From the NCBI GenBank assembly GCA_943787795.1, contig CALSNU010000004.1, positions 672,001 through 736,000 on the forward strand: a stretch of DNA of 64,000 bases, in the 5' to 3' direction. The notes under the pieces were generated by a model. That model worked only from the letters and a program-made list of their open reading frames with translations, made no database searches and was not told the DNA's origin. This document shows positions 10,573 to 21,387 of the stretch, piece by piece (the stretch's first letter is position 1; each line of letters starts with the position of its first letter). The translations under genes and the position numbers were made by a program. This DNA comes from an uncultured bacterium (GTDB lineage Bacteria; Planctomycetota; UBA1135; GCA-002686595).

Positions 10573-11055
10573 ATGACTGCTTTCCGCTTCGGAGCCCACC
10601 AGGGACTGCCCTTCCCGCACGTGACGGGCTACTGGGTCAACCGACTCGGCGCCGCCTTCCGGACCGAGGTCGACCGGGAGCTGAGGGAGTTCGATCTGAC
10701 CCGTCGCCAGGTCGGCATGCTGCACTTCATCGCCCGGTCGGACCGACCCACCGCCTCGGAGCTCACGCGCCAGATGGGCGTGGACAGCACCGCCGTGACG
10801 CGGATGATTGATCGACTCAGCGACAAGGGCCTCGTGACCCGGGCCCTGGACCCCGAGGATCGTCGCCGCCACCTGATCGCCCTCACTCCCGAGGCCCGGG
10901 CGCTCCTGCCTCGCCTCTCCAAGAAGGCCCAAGAGGTCGAGGGGCTCTTCGAGAACGGGATCTCTGGCGAGCGCCTGGCGGTCTTCCACGAGGTGCTGAT
11001 GAACATGCTGGAGAACGTGGATGCGGATCACTTCGCGGTGGACATCGATGAGTAG
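10573..11055 (+). CDS. MarR-family transcriptional regulator
   Basis: wHTH with AVTRMIDRLSDKGLVTR...DRR; heads the efflux operon. Confidence 0.93.
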   Translation: MTAFRFGAHQGLPFPHVTGYWVNRLGAAFRTEVDRELREFDLTRRQVGMLHFIARSDRPTASELTRQMGVDSTAVTRMIDRLSDKGLVTRALDPEDRRRHLIALTPEARALLPRLSKKAQEVEGLFENGISGERLAVFHEVLMNMLENVDADHFAVDIDE

Positions 11056-12572
11056 CTCGTCCTCTCCCGCCCAGGCCTTCCCCCGGCTCGGCGCCCCCAT
11101 CCATGCCCTGCATGGTCTCGCCCTCGCAGGCCTCTGCCTCGCCCTGACCGCTGGCTGCCGCTCCACCCCGGAGCCCGCCGCCGAGTCGGTCGAGATCGAG
11201 CTCCCCGAGACCTTCAGCGCGCTGACCGGCGAGGACGTCGAGATCGGGGCGGAGCCCTGGTGGACGACCTTTGAGGACGAAAGCCTCGACCGGGCCGTGG
11301 GCGAAGTACTCGGCGGCAACTTCGAGCTCCGGCAGGCCTGGTCACGGCTGCGCCAGAGCGAAGCCAGCGCGCGCGCCGCCGGCGCGCCGCGGATCCCCTC
11401 CCTGGACGGCACCGCGTCGGCCCGCTATCAGGAGATCGACCAGAGCGGCAGCGGCGGCTTCAACATCCCGATTCGTACCGGCGAGACCTACTCCCTGGGG
11501 CTCTCGCTGGGCTACGAGGTCGACCTCTTCGGCCGCATCGACAGCACCCTGAAGGCCGCGCGGCTGGAGGAGGCAGCCACCGCCGCCGACGTCCGCGCCA
11601 CCGGGCTCGCACTCAGCGGACGCGCGGTGGACGCGTGGCTCACCATCGTGGAGCGCAACGCCCTGACGGACCTGGTGGGCGCGCAGGTCCTCGCCGGCGA
11701 GCAACTCCTCGAGCTCACCGAGGCCCGCTTCGCCACCTCGGGCACGGGGTCAGCCCTCGACGTCCTCCAGCAGCGCCGCCAGCTGGAGGGCACCCGCGCG
11801 GAGCTCCCCCTGCTCGCAGGTGAGGTGGAGCGCGCGCGCTATCAGCTCGCGGTGCTCACCGGGGAGGCGCCCGGGGAGCAGGCCACAGACGCGCCCCGGG
11901 CGCTCCCCGCCCTACCCCCCGCTCCCGATCCTCGATGTCCCCTCGGCGCTGCTCACCCGCAGACCAGACGTCATCGCCGCCGGGCTCCGCGTCGAGAGCG
12001 CGGACGCGAACGTCGCGGCCGCCATCGCTGCGCGCTACCCCCGGCTCGACCTCTCAGCCGCCTACAACTTCGACGCCACCGAGCTGGCCGACATCTTCGA
12101 CCGGACGATCTCATCGATCGCCGCCAACGTGGTCGGCCCCATCATCGACGGCGGCGCCCGCCGTGCCGAGGTCGACCGACAGCGCGCCGTGCTCGAGGGT
12201 GCGATCGACGGGTTCAACCAGGCCATCCTGGCCGCCCTGCAGGAGGTCGAGGACGCCCTCTCCCTGGAGCGCCGCGGGCTGGAGCGAATCGCCGTGCTCG
12301 AGCTCCAGGAGACGCTCGCCGCTGAAGAGCTCATTCAGGCTCGGCTGCGCTACGCCGGCGGCGTCGAGAGCTACCTCGAGGTGCTCGCCGCGGTCCAGAC
12401 CGAGCAGGCCCTCCAGCGCCTCCTGATCACGGAACGAGCGGGCATCCTCCGTGCCCGCGCGCAGCTCCTGCGCGCCCTGGGTGGATCCTGGACCGAAGAG
12501 CTCCAGGACCCCATGGCCGCCGCCGCGCCGACCAATCCCCCCCAGACCGCTCCCGCCCTCGGCCCCCGCTGA
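11048..12572 (+). CDS. Outer-membrane efflux lipoprotein (NodT/TolC family), with an apparent frameshift near 11915-11920
   Basis: Lipobox LTAG-C, YEVDLFGR; continues in another frame as VPSALLTRRPDV...RALGGSW; the shift lies at a C6 run. Confidence 0.85.
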
Positions 12573-12595
12573 GCCCCCGCCCCGCACCTCACCCC

Positions 12596-13810
12596 ATGGC
12601 TTCTCCCATCAAGGTCGTCGGCGTCCTGCTCCGCTGGACCGCGCCCATCATCGTCATCGCCGGAGGCGCGCTCGTCGCCCGACAGCTGATCGCCCAGCGC
12701 CAGGCTCCGCCCAAGGTCGAACCGCCGCCGCGCGTGCTCCCCGTGGACGTGATCACCGTCGAGCAGCGGGACCACCCGGCGAGCCTCCAGGTCTTCGGTA
12801 CCGTCCGCCCCCTGCGCACCCTCGTCCTCCGCCCCACCGTCGGTGGCCCGATCCAGGAGATCCACCCCGAGCTCCTCGAGGGCGGCCTCATCGGCCGAGG
12901 CGAGACCATCCTGCGCGTGGACCGGCGCGACTACCTGCTGGCCCTGGACGTGGCCCGCTCGAGCCTCGTCGCCGCCGAAGCCGACCTCGACATCGAGCTC
13001 GGGAGCGCGGCGGTCGCGGCGCGCGAGTGGAAGCTCCTGGAGGGTTCGATCGAGGTGACCGAGGCCGGCCGAAAGCTGGCGCTCCGTGAGCCCTACCTGG
13101 CCCGGCGGCGTTCGGAGGTGGAGAGCGCGCGGACGCGCGTGGCCCAAGCCGAGCTCGACCTGGAGCGCACGGAGATCAAGGCGCCGTTCGACGCGCTCGT
13201 CCTGAGCGAGACCGCCGAGGTCGGCGGCCAGGCCGTGATCGGCGCGGAGCTCGCCCGGATGGTGGATCGCTCGCGATTCGCCGTGGAGGTCAGCGTGCCC
13301 GCTGAGCGGCTTGCGCTCCTCCAGCGCGAGGACGCAACCGCGCAGATCCTGCTCCCGGATGGGGAGCGAGAGGGAACCCTCGAGCGAGTCCTGGGCGAGG
13401 TGGACGCCGAGGGACGCATGACGCGGCTCCAGGTCACGATCAATGACCCGCTCGGCTCCACGGCCCTCGGGGGCGCCACGGAGCAGCGCGCTCCCGCCGT
13501 GCTCCTCGGCGCCTACGCCGAGGTGCTCCTCCCTTGCCGCCCCATCGAAGGCTCCATCTCCGTCCCCCGCGCGGCGCTTCGAGAGGGCGACTCGGTCTGG
13601 GTGGCCGATGCGAACGACGAGCTGCAGATCCGTCAGGTGGACGTGGTCATGCGCCGCCCCGACGACGTGCTGGTCGTCGCGGGACTCAAGGCCGGCGAGC
13701 GGGTCATCACGAGCGCCGTGGCGGTCCCCCTCCCCGGACTCAAGCTCGCGCCGCGGACACAAGGCGCCGGGCGCGTGAGCTCCGGCTCACGCCTGGAGGC
13801 GGGCCGATGA
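12596..13810 (+). CDS. RND efflux periplasmic adaptor (membrane fusion protein)
   Basis: N-terminal TM, LDLERTEIKAPFD, GLKAGERVI; between the outer-membrane factor and RND genes. Confidence 0.92.
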   Translation: MASPIKVVGVLLRWTAPIIVIAGGALVARQLIAQRQAPPKVEPPPRVLPVDVITVEQRDHPASLQVFGTVRPLRTLVLRPTVGGPIQEIHPELLEGGLIGRGETILRVDRRDYLLALDVARSSLVAAEADLDIELGSAAVAAREWKLLEGSIEVTEAGRKLALREPYLARRRSEVESARTRVAQAELDLERTEIKAPFDALVLSETAEVGGQAVIGAELARMVDRSRFAVEVSVPAERLALLQREDATAQILLPDGEREGTLERVLGEVDAEGRMTRLQVTINDPLGSTALGGATEQRAPAVLLGAYAEVLLPCRPIEGSISVPRAALREGDSVWVADANDELQIRQVDVVMRRPDDVLVVAGLKAGERVITSAVAVPLPGLKLAPRTQGAGRVSSGSRLEAGR

Positions 13811-16800
13811 GCGGGCAAGAGGAGCGCCCGCGCGGGGCCATCGCCTGGATGGCGAGCAATAGCATCGCCGCCAACCTCTCGATGCTCATCCTCCTCGTCG
13901 GCGGGCTGATCTTCAGCACCCGGGTGACCCAGGAGACCTTCCCTGAGTTCAACCTCGACAGCATCACCGTGCGCGTGCCCTACCCCGGGGCCAGCCCCGA
14001 GGAGGTGGAGCAGGGCATCCTCCTGGCGATCGAGGACCGCACCGCGGGGATCCTCGACGTCAAGAAGGTCTCGAGCCAGGCCCTCGAGGGTGTGGGGACT
14101 GTGACCCTCGAGCTCGTGACCGGTTCGGACCGCGGCCGCGTCCTGCAGGACGTGAAGAACGAGGTCGACCGGATCATCACGTTCCCGGCCGAGGCGGAGG
14201 AGCCGGTGGTCTCCATCGCCAACGCGGAGCGCACGGTGCTGAGCGTCATCGTGCACGGGGACCTCTCGCCGGCCTCCCTGCGCCTGCTGGCAGAGCGCGT
14301 GCGCGACCGGCTCATCGAGCACCCGGAGATCACCCTCGCCGAGCTGGGCGCGAGCCGCGAGCACGAGATCGCCGTCGAGGTCCCCCAGGAGCGGCTGCGG
14401 GCCTACGACCTGTCCCTGCCGGGCGTGGCCAACCGCATCCGCCAGGCGGCGCTGGAGCTGCCCGGCGGCGAGGTCAACACCGACGCGGGGGAGGTGCTGC
14501 TGCGGACCCAGGAGCGGCGAGAGCTCGCCAGCCAGTTCGCCGACCTCCCGCTGGTCACGACCACCTCGGGCACCGTGCTGCGCCTGCGGGACATCGCGGA
14601 GGTGCACGACGGCTTCAGCGAGGCCGACGTCGAGGCGACCTTCAACGGGCTCCCCGCCCTGGAGATCTTCGTCCGCCGGGTCGGCGACGAGACCCCCATC
14701 GCGATCTCCTCGGCGACCCGGGAGGTCATCGCGGAGATCAACCGCGAGCTGCCCACAGGCATCGGCCTGGAGCCCTGGAACGACCAGTCGGTCTCCTACA
14801 GCGAGCGCCTCGACCTGCTCGGCCGCAACGCCCTGCTCGGGCTCGGGCTCGTCCTGCTCCTGCTGGGCCTCTTCCTCCAGCCCCGCGTGGCCTTCTGGGT
14901 GACGGTGGGGATCCTCATCTCGGTGGTCGGCTCGTTCCTGGTGTTCCCGGCCACGAACGCCTCCATCAACATGGTGTCGCTCTTCGCGTTCATCGTGACC
15001 CTCGGCATCGTCGTGGACGACGCCATCATCGTCGGGGAGAACATCTTCGAGCGGCAGCAGGCCGGCGAGCCACCGCTCCAGGCCGCCATCAACGGAGCGA
15101 AGGAGATGGCGACGCCGGTCGTCTTCGCGGTCCTGACGAACATCGCGGCGTTCATGCCGCTGTTCTTCGTCCCGGGCGCCAGCGGGAACATCTTCCGCCA
15201 GATCCCCGCGGTGGTCGTCTCGGTCTTCGCGATCTCCCTCGTGGAGTCCCTGTTCATCCTCCCCGCTCACCTCGCCCACGCGCGCGAGCCGGGGCGCCTC
15301 ATGCAGCTCCTCGGGACTCCCAACCGAGCGGTGGCGTGGCTCTTCGACCGCTTCAGCGAGCGCGTCTACGCGCCGTTCGTGCACTTCGCCCTGCACCAGC
15401 GCTACTTCATCCCCGCCGCGGGGGTCGCGATGCTGCTGATCACCGCCGGGGTCCTGGGCGGCGGCCTGATCCGGACGAGCTTCCTCCCCCGCGTGGACTC
15501 CGACCTGGCCCAGGCCACCGCGCGGCTCCCCGTGGGCGTCCCCATCGAGTCCACCCGCGAGGTCCAGCGCATCCTCGAGGCCGCCGCGCGGGAGACCGAG
15601 GAGGCCCTGGGCGGCGACGTGATCAGCGGCATCTTCACCAAGATCGGCGGCATGGGCGGCTCGGCGAGCGAGCTCTCCATCCAGGCCGCGCTGCGCCCCC
15701 CCGAGGACCGGGCCGTGGGCGGGATCGAGTTCAACAAGCGCTGGCGGAAGGTCGCCGGTGACGTCGTCGGCGTGGACGCGCTCTCCTTCAGCGGGCGCTC
15801 GTTCGGCCCGTCGGGCAAGGCCGTGGACATCCAGCTGGCCGGCGAGGACCAGGCGGCGCTGGAGGCCGCGGCCCGGGAGATCGCCACCACCCTGCGCGGC
15901 TACTCCGGGGTGAGCGACGTGGACGACGGCACCGCGAGCGGCAAGCGCCAGCTGAGCTTCACCCTGACCGAGGCGGGACGGAGCACGGGCCTCACCTCCA
16001 ACGAGGTGGCCAGCCAGGTGCGCGCCGCCTTCTACGGCGCCGAGGCCCTCCGCCAGCAGCGCGGCCGCAACGAGGTCAAGGTGCTGGTCCGGCTCCCCAG
16101 GGAGGAGCGTGAGCGACTCAGCACCGTCGAGAACCTGATCCTGCGCACACCGAGCGGCGGCGAGGTCCCCCTCTCCGTGGCGGCCCTCGTCGAGGAGGGC
16201 CGCAGCTACACGAGCATCGACCGCCGCAGCGGCCAGCGGATCGTCGCCGTGTCCGGCGACGTGGACACCGAGATCACCGACGCGGAGTCGATCCTCACGG
16301 CCCTGCAGGCGAACGAGCTCCCGGAGATCCTCGCCCGTCACGGAGGCCTCGAGTACTCCCTCGAGGGCGAGCAGGAGAGCCAGCGCGAGTCCATCGCCGC
16401 CCTGGGCATCGGCCTGACCCTGGCCGTCTTCGCCATCTTCGCCATGCTCGCCATCCCCCTGAAGAGCTACACCCTGCCGCTGGTGGTCCTCTCCGGGGCG
16501 CCGTTCGGCATCATCGGCGCGCTGCTCGGGCACTTCGCGCTCGGCTACGGCTTCTCGCTGATGTCCCTGTTCGGAATGATCGCGCTGACCGGCGTGGTGG
16601 TGAACGACAGCCTGATCCTCGTGGTGACCGCGAACCGCTACCGCGAGAAGGGCATGGCCGCCTTCGAGGCCGTCAGGGACGCCTCGGTCCGCCGCCTGCG
16701 ACCGATCCTGCTCACCTCGCTCACGACCTCCATGGGCCTGCTGCCCATCATGCTGGAGACCTCGACCCAGGCGCGCTTCCTGGTGCCCATGGCCATCTCC

Positions 16801-16962
16801 CTGGGCTTCGGCGTGCTCTTCTCGACCCTGGTGATCCTGCTGCTGGTGCCGAGCCTCTACCTGATCCGGGAGGACACCATCGCCATCCTGCGCGTGGCCC
16901 TGGGGCGCAAGGCCGCGGACTCAGCGGGCTCCGACCTGGAGGCCGCGAAGGGCCCCGCCTGA
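13807..16962 (+). CDS. RND efflux permease (AcrB/AcrD/AcrF family)
   Basis: YPGASPEEVEQ, GIVVDDAIIVGEN, RLRPILLTSLTT; ATGA overlap with the adaptor gene. Confidence 0.95.
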   Translation: MSGQEERPRGAIAWMASNSIAANLSMLILLVGGLIFSTRVTQETFPEFNLDSITVRVPYPGASPEEVEQGILLAIEDRTAGILDVKKVSSQALEGVGTVTLELVTGSDRGRVLQDVKNEVDRIITFPAEAEEPVVSIANAERTVLSVIVHGDLSPASLRLLAERVRDRLIEHPEITLAELGASREHEIAVEVPQERLRAYDLSLPGVANRIRQAALELPGGEVNTDAGEVLLRTQERRELASQFADLPLVTTTSGTVLRLRDIAEVHDGFSEADVEATFNGLPALEIFVRRVGDETPIAISSATREVIAEINRELPTGIGLEPWNDQSVSYSERLDLLGRNALLGLGLVLLLLGLFLQPRVAFWVTVGILISVVGSFLVFPATNASINMVSLFAFIVTLGIVVDDAIIVGENIFERQQAGEPPLQAAINGAKEMATPVVFAVLTNIAAFMPLFFVPGASGNIFRQIPAVVVSVFAISLVESLFILPAHLAHAREPGRLMQLLGTPNRAVAWLFDRFSERVYAPFVHFALHQRYFIPAAGVAMLLITAGVLGGGLIRTSFLPRVDSDLAQATARLPVGVPIESTREVQRILEAAARETEEALGGDVISGIFTKIGGMGGSASELSIQAALRPPEDRAVGGIEFNKRWRKVAGDVVGVDALSFSGRSFGPSGKAVDIQLAGEDQAALEAAAREIATTLRGYSGVSDVDDGTASGKRQLSFTLTEAGRSTGLTSNEVASQVRAAFYGAEALRQQRGRNEVKVLVRLPREERERLSTVENLILRTPSGGEVPLSVAALVEEGRSYTSIDRRSGQRIVAVSGDVDTEITDAESILTALQANELPEILARHGGLEYSLEGEQESQRESIAALGIGLTLAVFAIFAMLAIPLKSYTLPLVVLSGAPFGIIGALLGHFALGYGFSLMSLFGMIALTGVVVNDSLILVVTANRYREKGMAAFEAVRDASVRRLRPILLTSLTTSMGLLPIMLETSTQARFLVPMAISLGFGVLFSTLVILLLVPSLYLIREDTIAILRVALGRKAADSAGSDLEAAKGPA

Positions 16963-16966
16963 TCCC

Positions 16967-18214
16967 TCAGCGACGGCGCTTCTTTTTCGCCTTGGCCGAG
17001 GACTCCCAGCCCGCGAAGGCGCCCCGCTCGGGGGCCTTGAGCGCCTGAAGGATCATGGCGGTGGAGTAGGACGCCGTGCGCGGGAAGACCCGGTCGTTCC
17101 AGGACCCGTCGTCGTTGCGGGTGCTCCAGATCAGACGGCGCAGCTCGGCGCGGTGGGCGTCACGCTCCGCCTCGGGCAGCTCCTCGATGGCGAGCGCCAC
17201 GTAGGTGTGCCCGAAGAAGAAGTAGTAGGGCGCGATGCCGTACTTGCCCACGTGGGTGCCCTGCTGGCTCTTGCGCACGAGCAGGTCGTCGTAGCCCTCG
17301 AAGAAGCCCACCACCGCCTTGCGCAGCTCGTCCGCGTCGCTGCGCCCGGCCTTGTAGAGGGCGAGCTCCGCGCAGGCCGAGCGGGCGGAAGAGCCGGGCA
17401 TGAGGACCTCGCCCCGGGCCTTGCCCGAGTAGGCGTAGCTCACCGCCTCGGTGCGGCAGGCCTCCAGGGCATCGAGGGCGCGCTCGACCATGTCCTCGTC
17501 CACGTCGTGGCCCGCCTCCTTCGCGTCGAACAGGATCAGCAGGGTGGAGCCCGTCATGAACGGGCTCACCGCGCGGTCGTTGGCGTAGTTCCACCCCCCC
17601 ATGGCGGTCTGGTTCGCCTCGAGGCGCTTGATGAGCTCCTTGATGGAGCCCTTGATCTTGCTGCTCTTCTTGAGCTTCGACGGCCCGACCTCGCGCAGGG
17701 TGAGGAAGAACTGCAGGGCGTACGCGTGGCCCCAGCCGCGCACGTCGTAGCCGCGCTTGGGCCCGATCGCCATGCCCTTGTCGCGCTTGATCATGTCGAG
17801 CACGAAGTCCGCCGAGCGCTCGACGGCCTCCTCGAGCGCCTCCGCGTCCTCGCCGCCCGCGCCCGCTCGCAGGAGCGTGTCGCAGACGATCGACGTGCCG
17901 CCGACCCGATAGCCCGACGGGATGATGCCGCCCCGGACGCGGTACACGCCCTCGTAGGGCCACTCGGCCGCGTCCTTGTCCCCGTAGAGCTCCGAGAGCC
18001 GCTCGCGCTCTCCCTCCTGCCACGACTCCAGCTCATCGTCGGGGAGCGTGCCCACGGGCCGGTCCGCCTCGTAGCTCTCCTGGCGCTCGAGGAGCAGCGC
18101 GACCGCCGCTTCGATGGCCTCGCTCAGCTGCTCATCGGTCGGCCCCTTCCGCTCGGGCTCCTGGGCGGGAGCGATGGCGAGGGTCATTGCAGAGAGGGTG
18201 GCGAGGAGGAGCAT
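16967..18214 (-). CDS. Secreted prenyltransferase/squalene-cyclase-repeat (alpha/alpha barrel) protein
   Basis: Signal peptide; QW-like repeats ANQTAMGGWNY and STRNDDGSWND. Confidence 0.7.
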   Translation of the reverse strand: MLLLATLSAMTLAIAPAQEPERKGPTDEQLSEAIEAAVALLLERQESYEADRPVGTLPDDELESWQEGERERLSELYGDKDAAEWPYEGVYRVRGGIIPSGYRVGGTSIVCDTLLRAGAGGEDAEALEEAVERSADFVLDMIKRDKGMAIGPKRGYDVRGWGHAYALQFFLTLREVGPSKLKKSSKIKGSIKELIKRLEANQTAMGGWNYANDRAVSPFMTGSTLLILFDAKEAGHDVDEDMVERALDALEACRTEAVSYAYSGKARGEVLMPGSSARSACAELALYKAGRSDADELRKAVVGFFEGYDDLLVRKSQQGTHVGKYGIAPYYFFFGHTYVALAIEELPEAERDAHRAELRRLIWSTRNDDGSWNDRVFPRTASYSTAMILQALKAPERGAFAGWESSAKAKKKRRR

Positions 18215-18257
18215 GGGAGCGTGGATGGGAAGGGCCCGCGGAGAGTAGGCTCCGTCG

Positions 18258-19169
18258 ATGGGATCGACGACCGGAGGGGGCGTGGACGCGGTGAAGGTCG
18301 CGCTCCTGACCATAGCGTCCGTGACCGCGTTCGCCGGGAACTCCGTCCTGTGCCGCCTGGCGCTGCTCGCGCCGGGGGAGGGGGCCGCTCCCATCGATCC
18401 CCTCTCGTTCACCGCGGTGCGCCTCGCCGCCGGCGCGCTCGTCCTCTCCCCCGTCCTCGTCGCCACCCGGGGCAAGTGGCGGGACGCGGGTGCGAGCTGG
18501 GGTGGCGTGGCGGCCCTCACGGTGTACGCCGTCGCCTTCAGCCTCAGCTACGTGACCCTGCCCGCCGGCGTCGGGGCCCTGCTGCTGTTCGGACTGGTGC
18601 AGATCACGATGGTGAGCGCCGGCCTCCTCACGGGCGAGCGCTTCGGCCTGGTCCGCGGCGCGGGCATGCTCGCCGCTGCGGCCGGGGTGGTGCTCCTGGT
18701 GGCCCCCACCGGCGGCCTCCTCGCCGGGGCCGACGTGGACCCGCGCGGGGCCGCCCTGATGGCCGCCGCCGGCGTCGCCTGGGGCGCCTACAGCCTCGCG
18801 GGCCGCGGCCAGCCGCGCCCCGTGCGGTTGACCGCCGTCAACTTCGCCCTCTGCCTCCCCCTGGCCACCCTCCTGCTCGTCCTCTCGAGCCGCGAGTGGA
18901 GCACCGAGGGGCTCCTGCTGGCCGCGGCCTCCGGCGCCATCACCTCGGGCGCAGGCTACGCCATCTGGTACGCGGCGCTCTCCGGGCACACCGCGACCTC
19001 CGCCGCCGTCGTCCAGCTCACCGTCCCCGTGCTGGCAGCGGCGGGGGGTGTGGTGTGGCTGGACGAGGCGGTCACCCCGCGGAGCGTCGCCGCCACGGCA
19101 CTCGTCCTCGGCGGCGTGGCCGTCGCGCTCCTCGCCGGCGCCCGCCACCGCGCCACCGCGCGACGCTGA
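18258..19169 (+). CDS. DMT/EamA-family transporter
   Basis: About 10 TM helices; AFAGNSVLCRLAL, GYAIWYAAL, AAVVQLTVPVLAA. Confidence 0.9.
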   Translation: MGSTTGGGVDAVKVALLTIASVTAFAGNSVLCRLALLAPGEGAAPIDPLSFTAVRLAAGALVLSPVLVATRGKWRDAGASWGGVAALTVYAVAFSLSYVTLPAGVGALLLFGLVQITMVSAGLLTGERFGLVRGAGMLAAAAGVVLLVAPTGGLLAGADVDPRGAALMAAAGVAWGAYSLAGRGQPRPVRLTAVNFALCLPLATLLLVLSSREWSTEGLLLAAASGAITSGAGYAIWYAALSGHTATSAAVVQLTVPVLAAAGGVVWLDEAVTPRSVAATALVLGGVAVALLAGARHRATARR

Positions 19170-19194
19170 TCGGCCCGCGCGGCGGCCGCAGCCA

Positions 19195-21387
19195 TCACGC
19201 CGCCGGGCTCGTCCCGTCCATGGCCTCCACCCCCGAGCGATCCTCCACGGGAGCCCGAAGGGTGGCGAAGAGCGCGAGGAAGGAGAGCAGCAGGACGGAG
19301 AGGGCGAGCGGCATGCGGCCGAGCACGTCAAGGGGCCCGTCCGAGGCCCGGTGGGCCTCGAGCTGCTGCCGGAACTCGGGCAGGGTCCGGAGCACCGAGA
19401 GCGCGCCAACCGCTCGGACGCTGTAGCTGGAGCAGCCCTCGCCCATGAAGGTATGGGCGGTCTCCACGAGATAGCGCTCGAGGGCGAGGAGGTCGATCCC
19501 CGGCCGGGAGCCCTCCGCGGGCGCCTCGGGGACGCCCCACCGCGCCATGGCCTCGACCGCACTCGCCGTGGTGTCGACCCACCCGAAGAAGTTGGAGTCC
19601 TCCCACGCCACGCCGTCGGCGTCCCGCTCGTCGGCGTCGACGCTCCCCTTGAAGGCGCCGCTACGCCCGCCCTTGGTCCGCACCCAGGTGTCGAGCAAGG
19701 CCCGGTGAACGGGGTCCGCCAGGGATGGGACGCGCTCGGGGTCCTCCAAGAACTCGAGGGCGTCCGCGGCGTTGAGGTAGTCCGAGACGGCCTCGTGGCG
19801 ATCCGGCGTTGGCAGGTCCTTCAGGACGCGAGCGGCGAGCTCCGAACGACCCGCCTCCGCGATGCCGGCGAAGTCGGGGGTCTCGGCCACGAGCAGCGGC
19901 CGCCAGGTGCGCTCGAAGGGCTCCGGCCAGAACTCGATGCCGATCCTCCGGACCTCGTCCTCGCTACCCGGGCCGATCCAGTGCACGGGGTTCGGCGCCA
20001 TCCGCTCCGCGAGCTGTTGCCGGTGGTACAGCATCCTCGCGACGACGGACTCGTCGAAGCGCACCAGCTCCCGGAACCCGAGCAGCCCGATCAGGTCGTG
20101 GTCGTCCGAGTCGAAGCGGTCGCGGCCCGGGATCTCGATGCGGTCCGAGTACTCCTCCAGCTCGACGCGCAGCGCCACGGGGAGCGCCTGGTCCGAGGCG
20201 AAGCCGGTCCCCAGCGCGCGGTCGAGGCGCAGCAGCGGGAGCAGGTAGAGGGGATTGAGGTCCGCGCCCTCCCGGGCGAGCTCCTCGTGCACCACCGCCT
20301 CGAAGGCCGAGAGGTCCGGCATGGGCTCCCCTGCCGCGTCCATCATCCGGAGGGCCTGCCCGAAGGCGTCCCAGCGACCTGACTCCGAGAGTTCCTCCTC
20401 CGTGGCCTCGGAGACCCAGCCCCGGACGTCCTCCGCGTCCGCCTCGACGTGGCCGAAGGTCGCCCACAGGGAACCGAGCCCCCCGATCACGAGCACCCAG
20501 ATGGCCACGGCCCAGGCCACCGTCTTCCGGGACCCGCCGCCCGCCGCCTTGCCAAGGCCGAAGCAGAGGAGGGCGCTCAAGGAGAGCGCGGGGACTACCA
20601 GGAACGGGGCGACCCGCTCCAAGGCCCCCGCGGAACTGGCGCTCCCGGCCATGTCCATGAACTGTTGCGCCTGAAGCGCAAAGCCGAATACGAACAGCAG
20701 GAAGCCGCCCATCAGCTTGCCGACCTGCTCGCGCGAGGCGAGCCCCTCCGCGGAGAGGCCGCGGAGCTGGGCGACGGCGGCCACCGACGAGGCCAGGACG
20801 ATGAGGACGAGGCCGTGCTCGAAGAAGCCGCTCGGGTTCAGCACGAAGACCGTGACCAGCAGCGCCGCCGTGATCAGCGTCGGCACGAGGTTCCGCCCCC
20901 ACCAGGCGCGAACCGCCGACGCCGCCTCGAGCTCGTCCGTGCGCTGCGCCCCGTCCCCGGAAAGCCCAAGCTGCCCGCGAATAGCGTAGACGAAGGTCGC
21001 GGCGATCATCAGCAGCGTGAAGAGCGGCATGGCCGCCAGCGCCGGCACCGCCTTGAGGGTGAGCTTGGTGCCCGCCTTGGTCGCCGCCGCCGTGCCTGCG
21101 CCGAGGACCGCCTTGCTCGCGCCCTTCGACAGCAGCATCGGCGGCAGGAGCCCCGCCGCCCAGCCGAGCCCGCCGGCGACCGCCGGCTCCGGCAGACGCT
21201 CCATGCGCAGGGGCTCGGCGCCGCCCCCTGCGCCTTCTGCGCCTTCCGCGCGACGGATCCGCTCCCGGACCCCGGCGCCGAAGGCCTCCGGGTCCGACCG
21301 GCGCGGCGCGAGCGCCGCCTCGAGCTCGTCCGTGAGCCCATCGCGCTCACCCTCCAGCCAGTCGTCGATCTTCATTCCGTCGCTCAT
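19195..21387 (-). CDS. Large membrane protein co-encoded with the ECF sigma factor (putative anti-sigma/sensor)
   Basis: Start overlaps the sigma stop codon; several TM helices, a soluble domain of roughly 380 aa and a C-terminal TM. Confidence 0.6.
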   Translation of the reverse strand: MSDGMKIDDWLEGERDGLTDELEAALAPRRSDPEAFGAGVRERIRRAEGAEGAGGGAEPLRMERLPEPAVAGGLGWAAGLLPPMLLSKGASKAVLGAGTAAATKAGTKLTLKAVPALAAMPLFTLLMIAATFVYAIRGQLGLSGDGAQRTDELEAASAVRAWWGRNLVPTLITAALLVTVFVLNPSGFFEHGLVLIVLASSVAAVAQLRGLSAEGLASREQVGKLMGGFLLFVFGFALQAQQFMDMAGSASSAGALERVAPFLVVPALSLSALLCFGLGKAAGGGSRKTVAWAVAIWVLVIGGLGSLWATFGHVEADAEDVRGWVSEATEEELSESGRWDAFGQALRMMDAAGEPMPDLSAFEAVVHEELAREGADLNPLYLLPLLRLDRALGTGFASDQALPVALRVELEEYSDRIEIPGRDRFDSDDHDLIGLLGFRELVRFDESVVARMLYHRQQLAERMAPNPVHWIGPGSEDEVRRIGIEFWPEPFERTWRPLLVAETPDFAGIAEAGRSELAARVLKDLPTPDRHEAVSDYLNAADALEFLEDPERVPSLADPVHRALLDTWVRTKGGRSGAFKGSVDADERDADGVAWEDSNFFGWVDTTASAVEAMARWGVPEAPAEGSRPGIDLLALERYLVETAHTFMGEGCSSYSVRAVGALSVLRTLPEFRQQLEAHRASDGPLDVLGRMPLALSVLLLSFLALFATLRAPVEDRSGVEAMDGTSPAA

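Noticed and set aside
13633..16533. Long antisense or alternate-frame ORFs (also 17153..19426, 21660..23447, 37560..39416, 53300..55153)
   Set aside because: Shadow frames of real high-GC genes, with Arg/Pro/Gly-rich translations and no recognisable domains.
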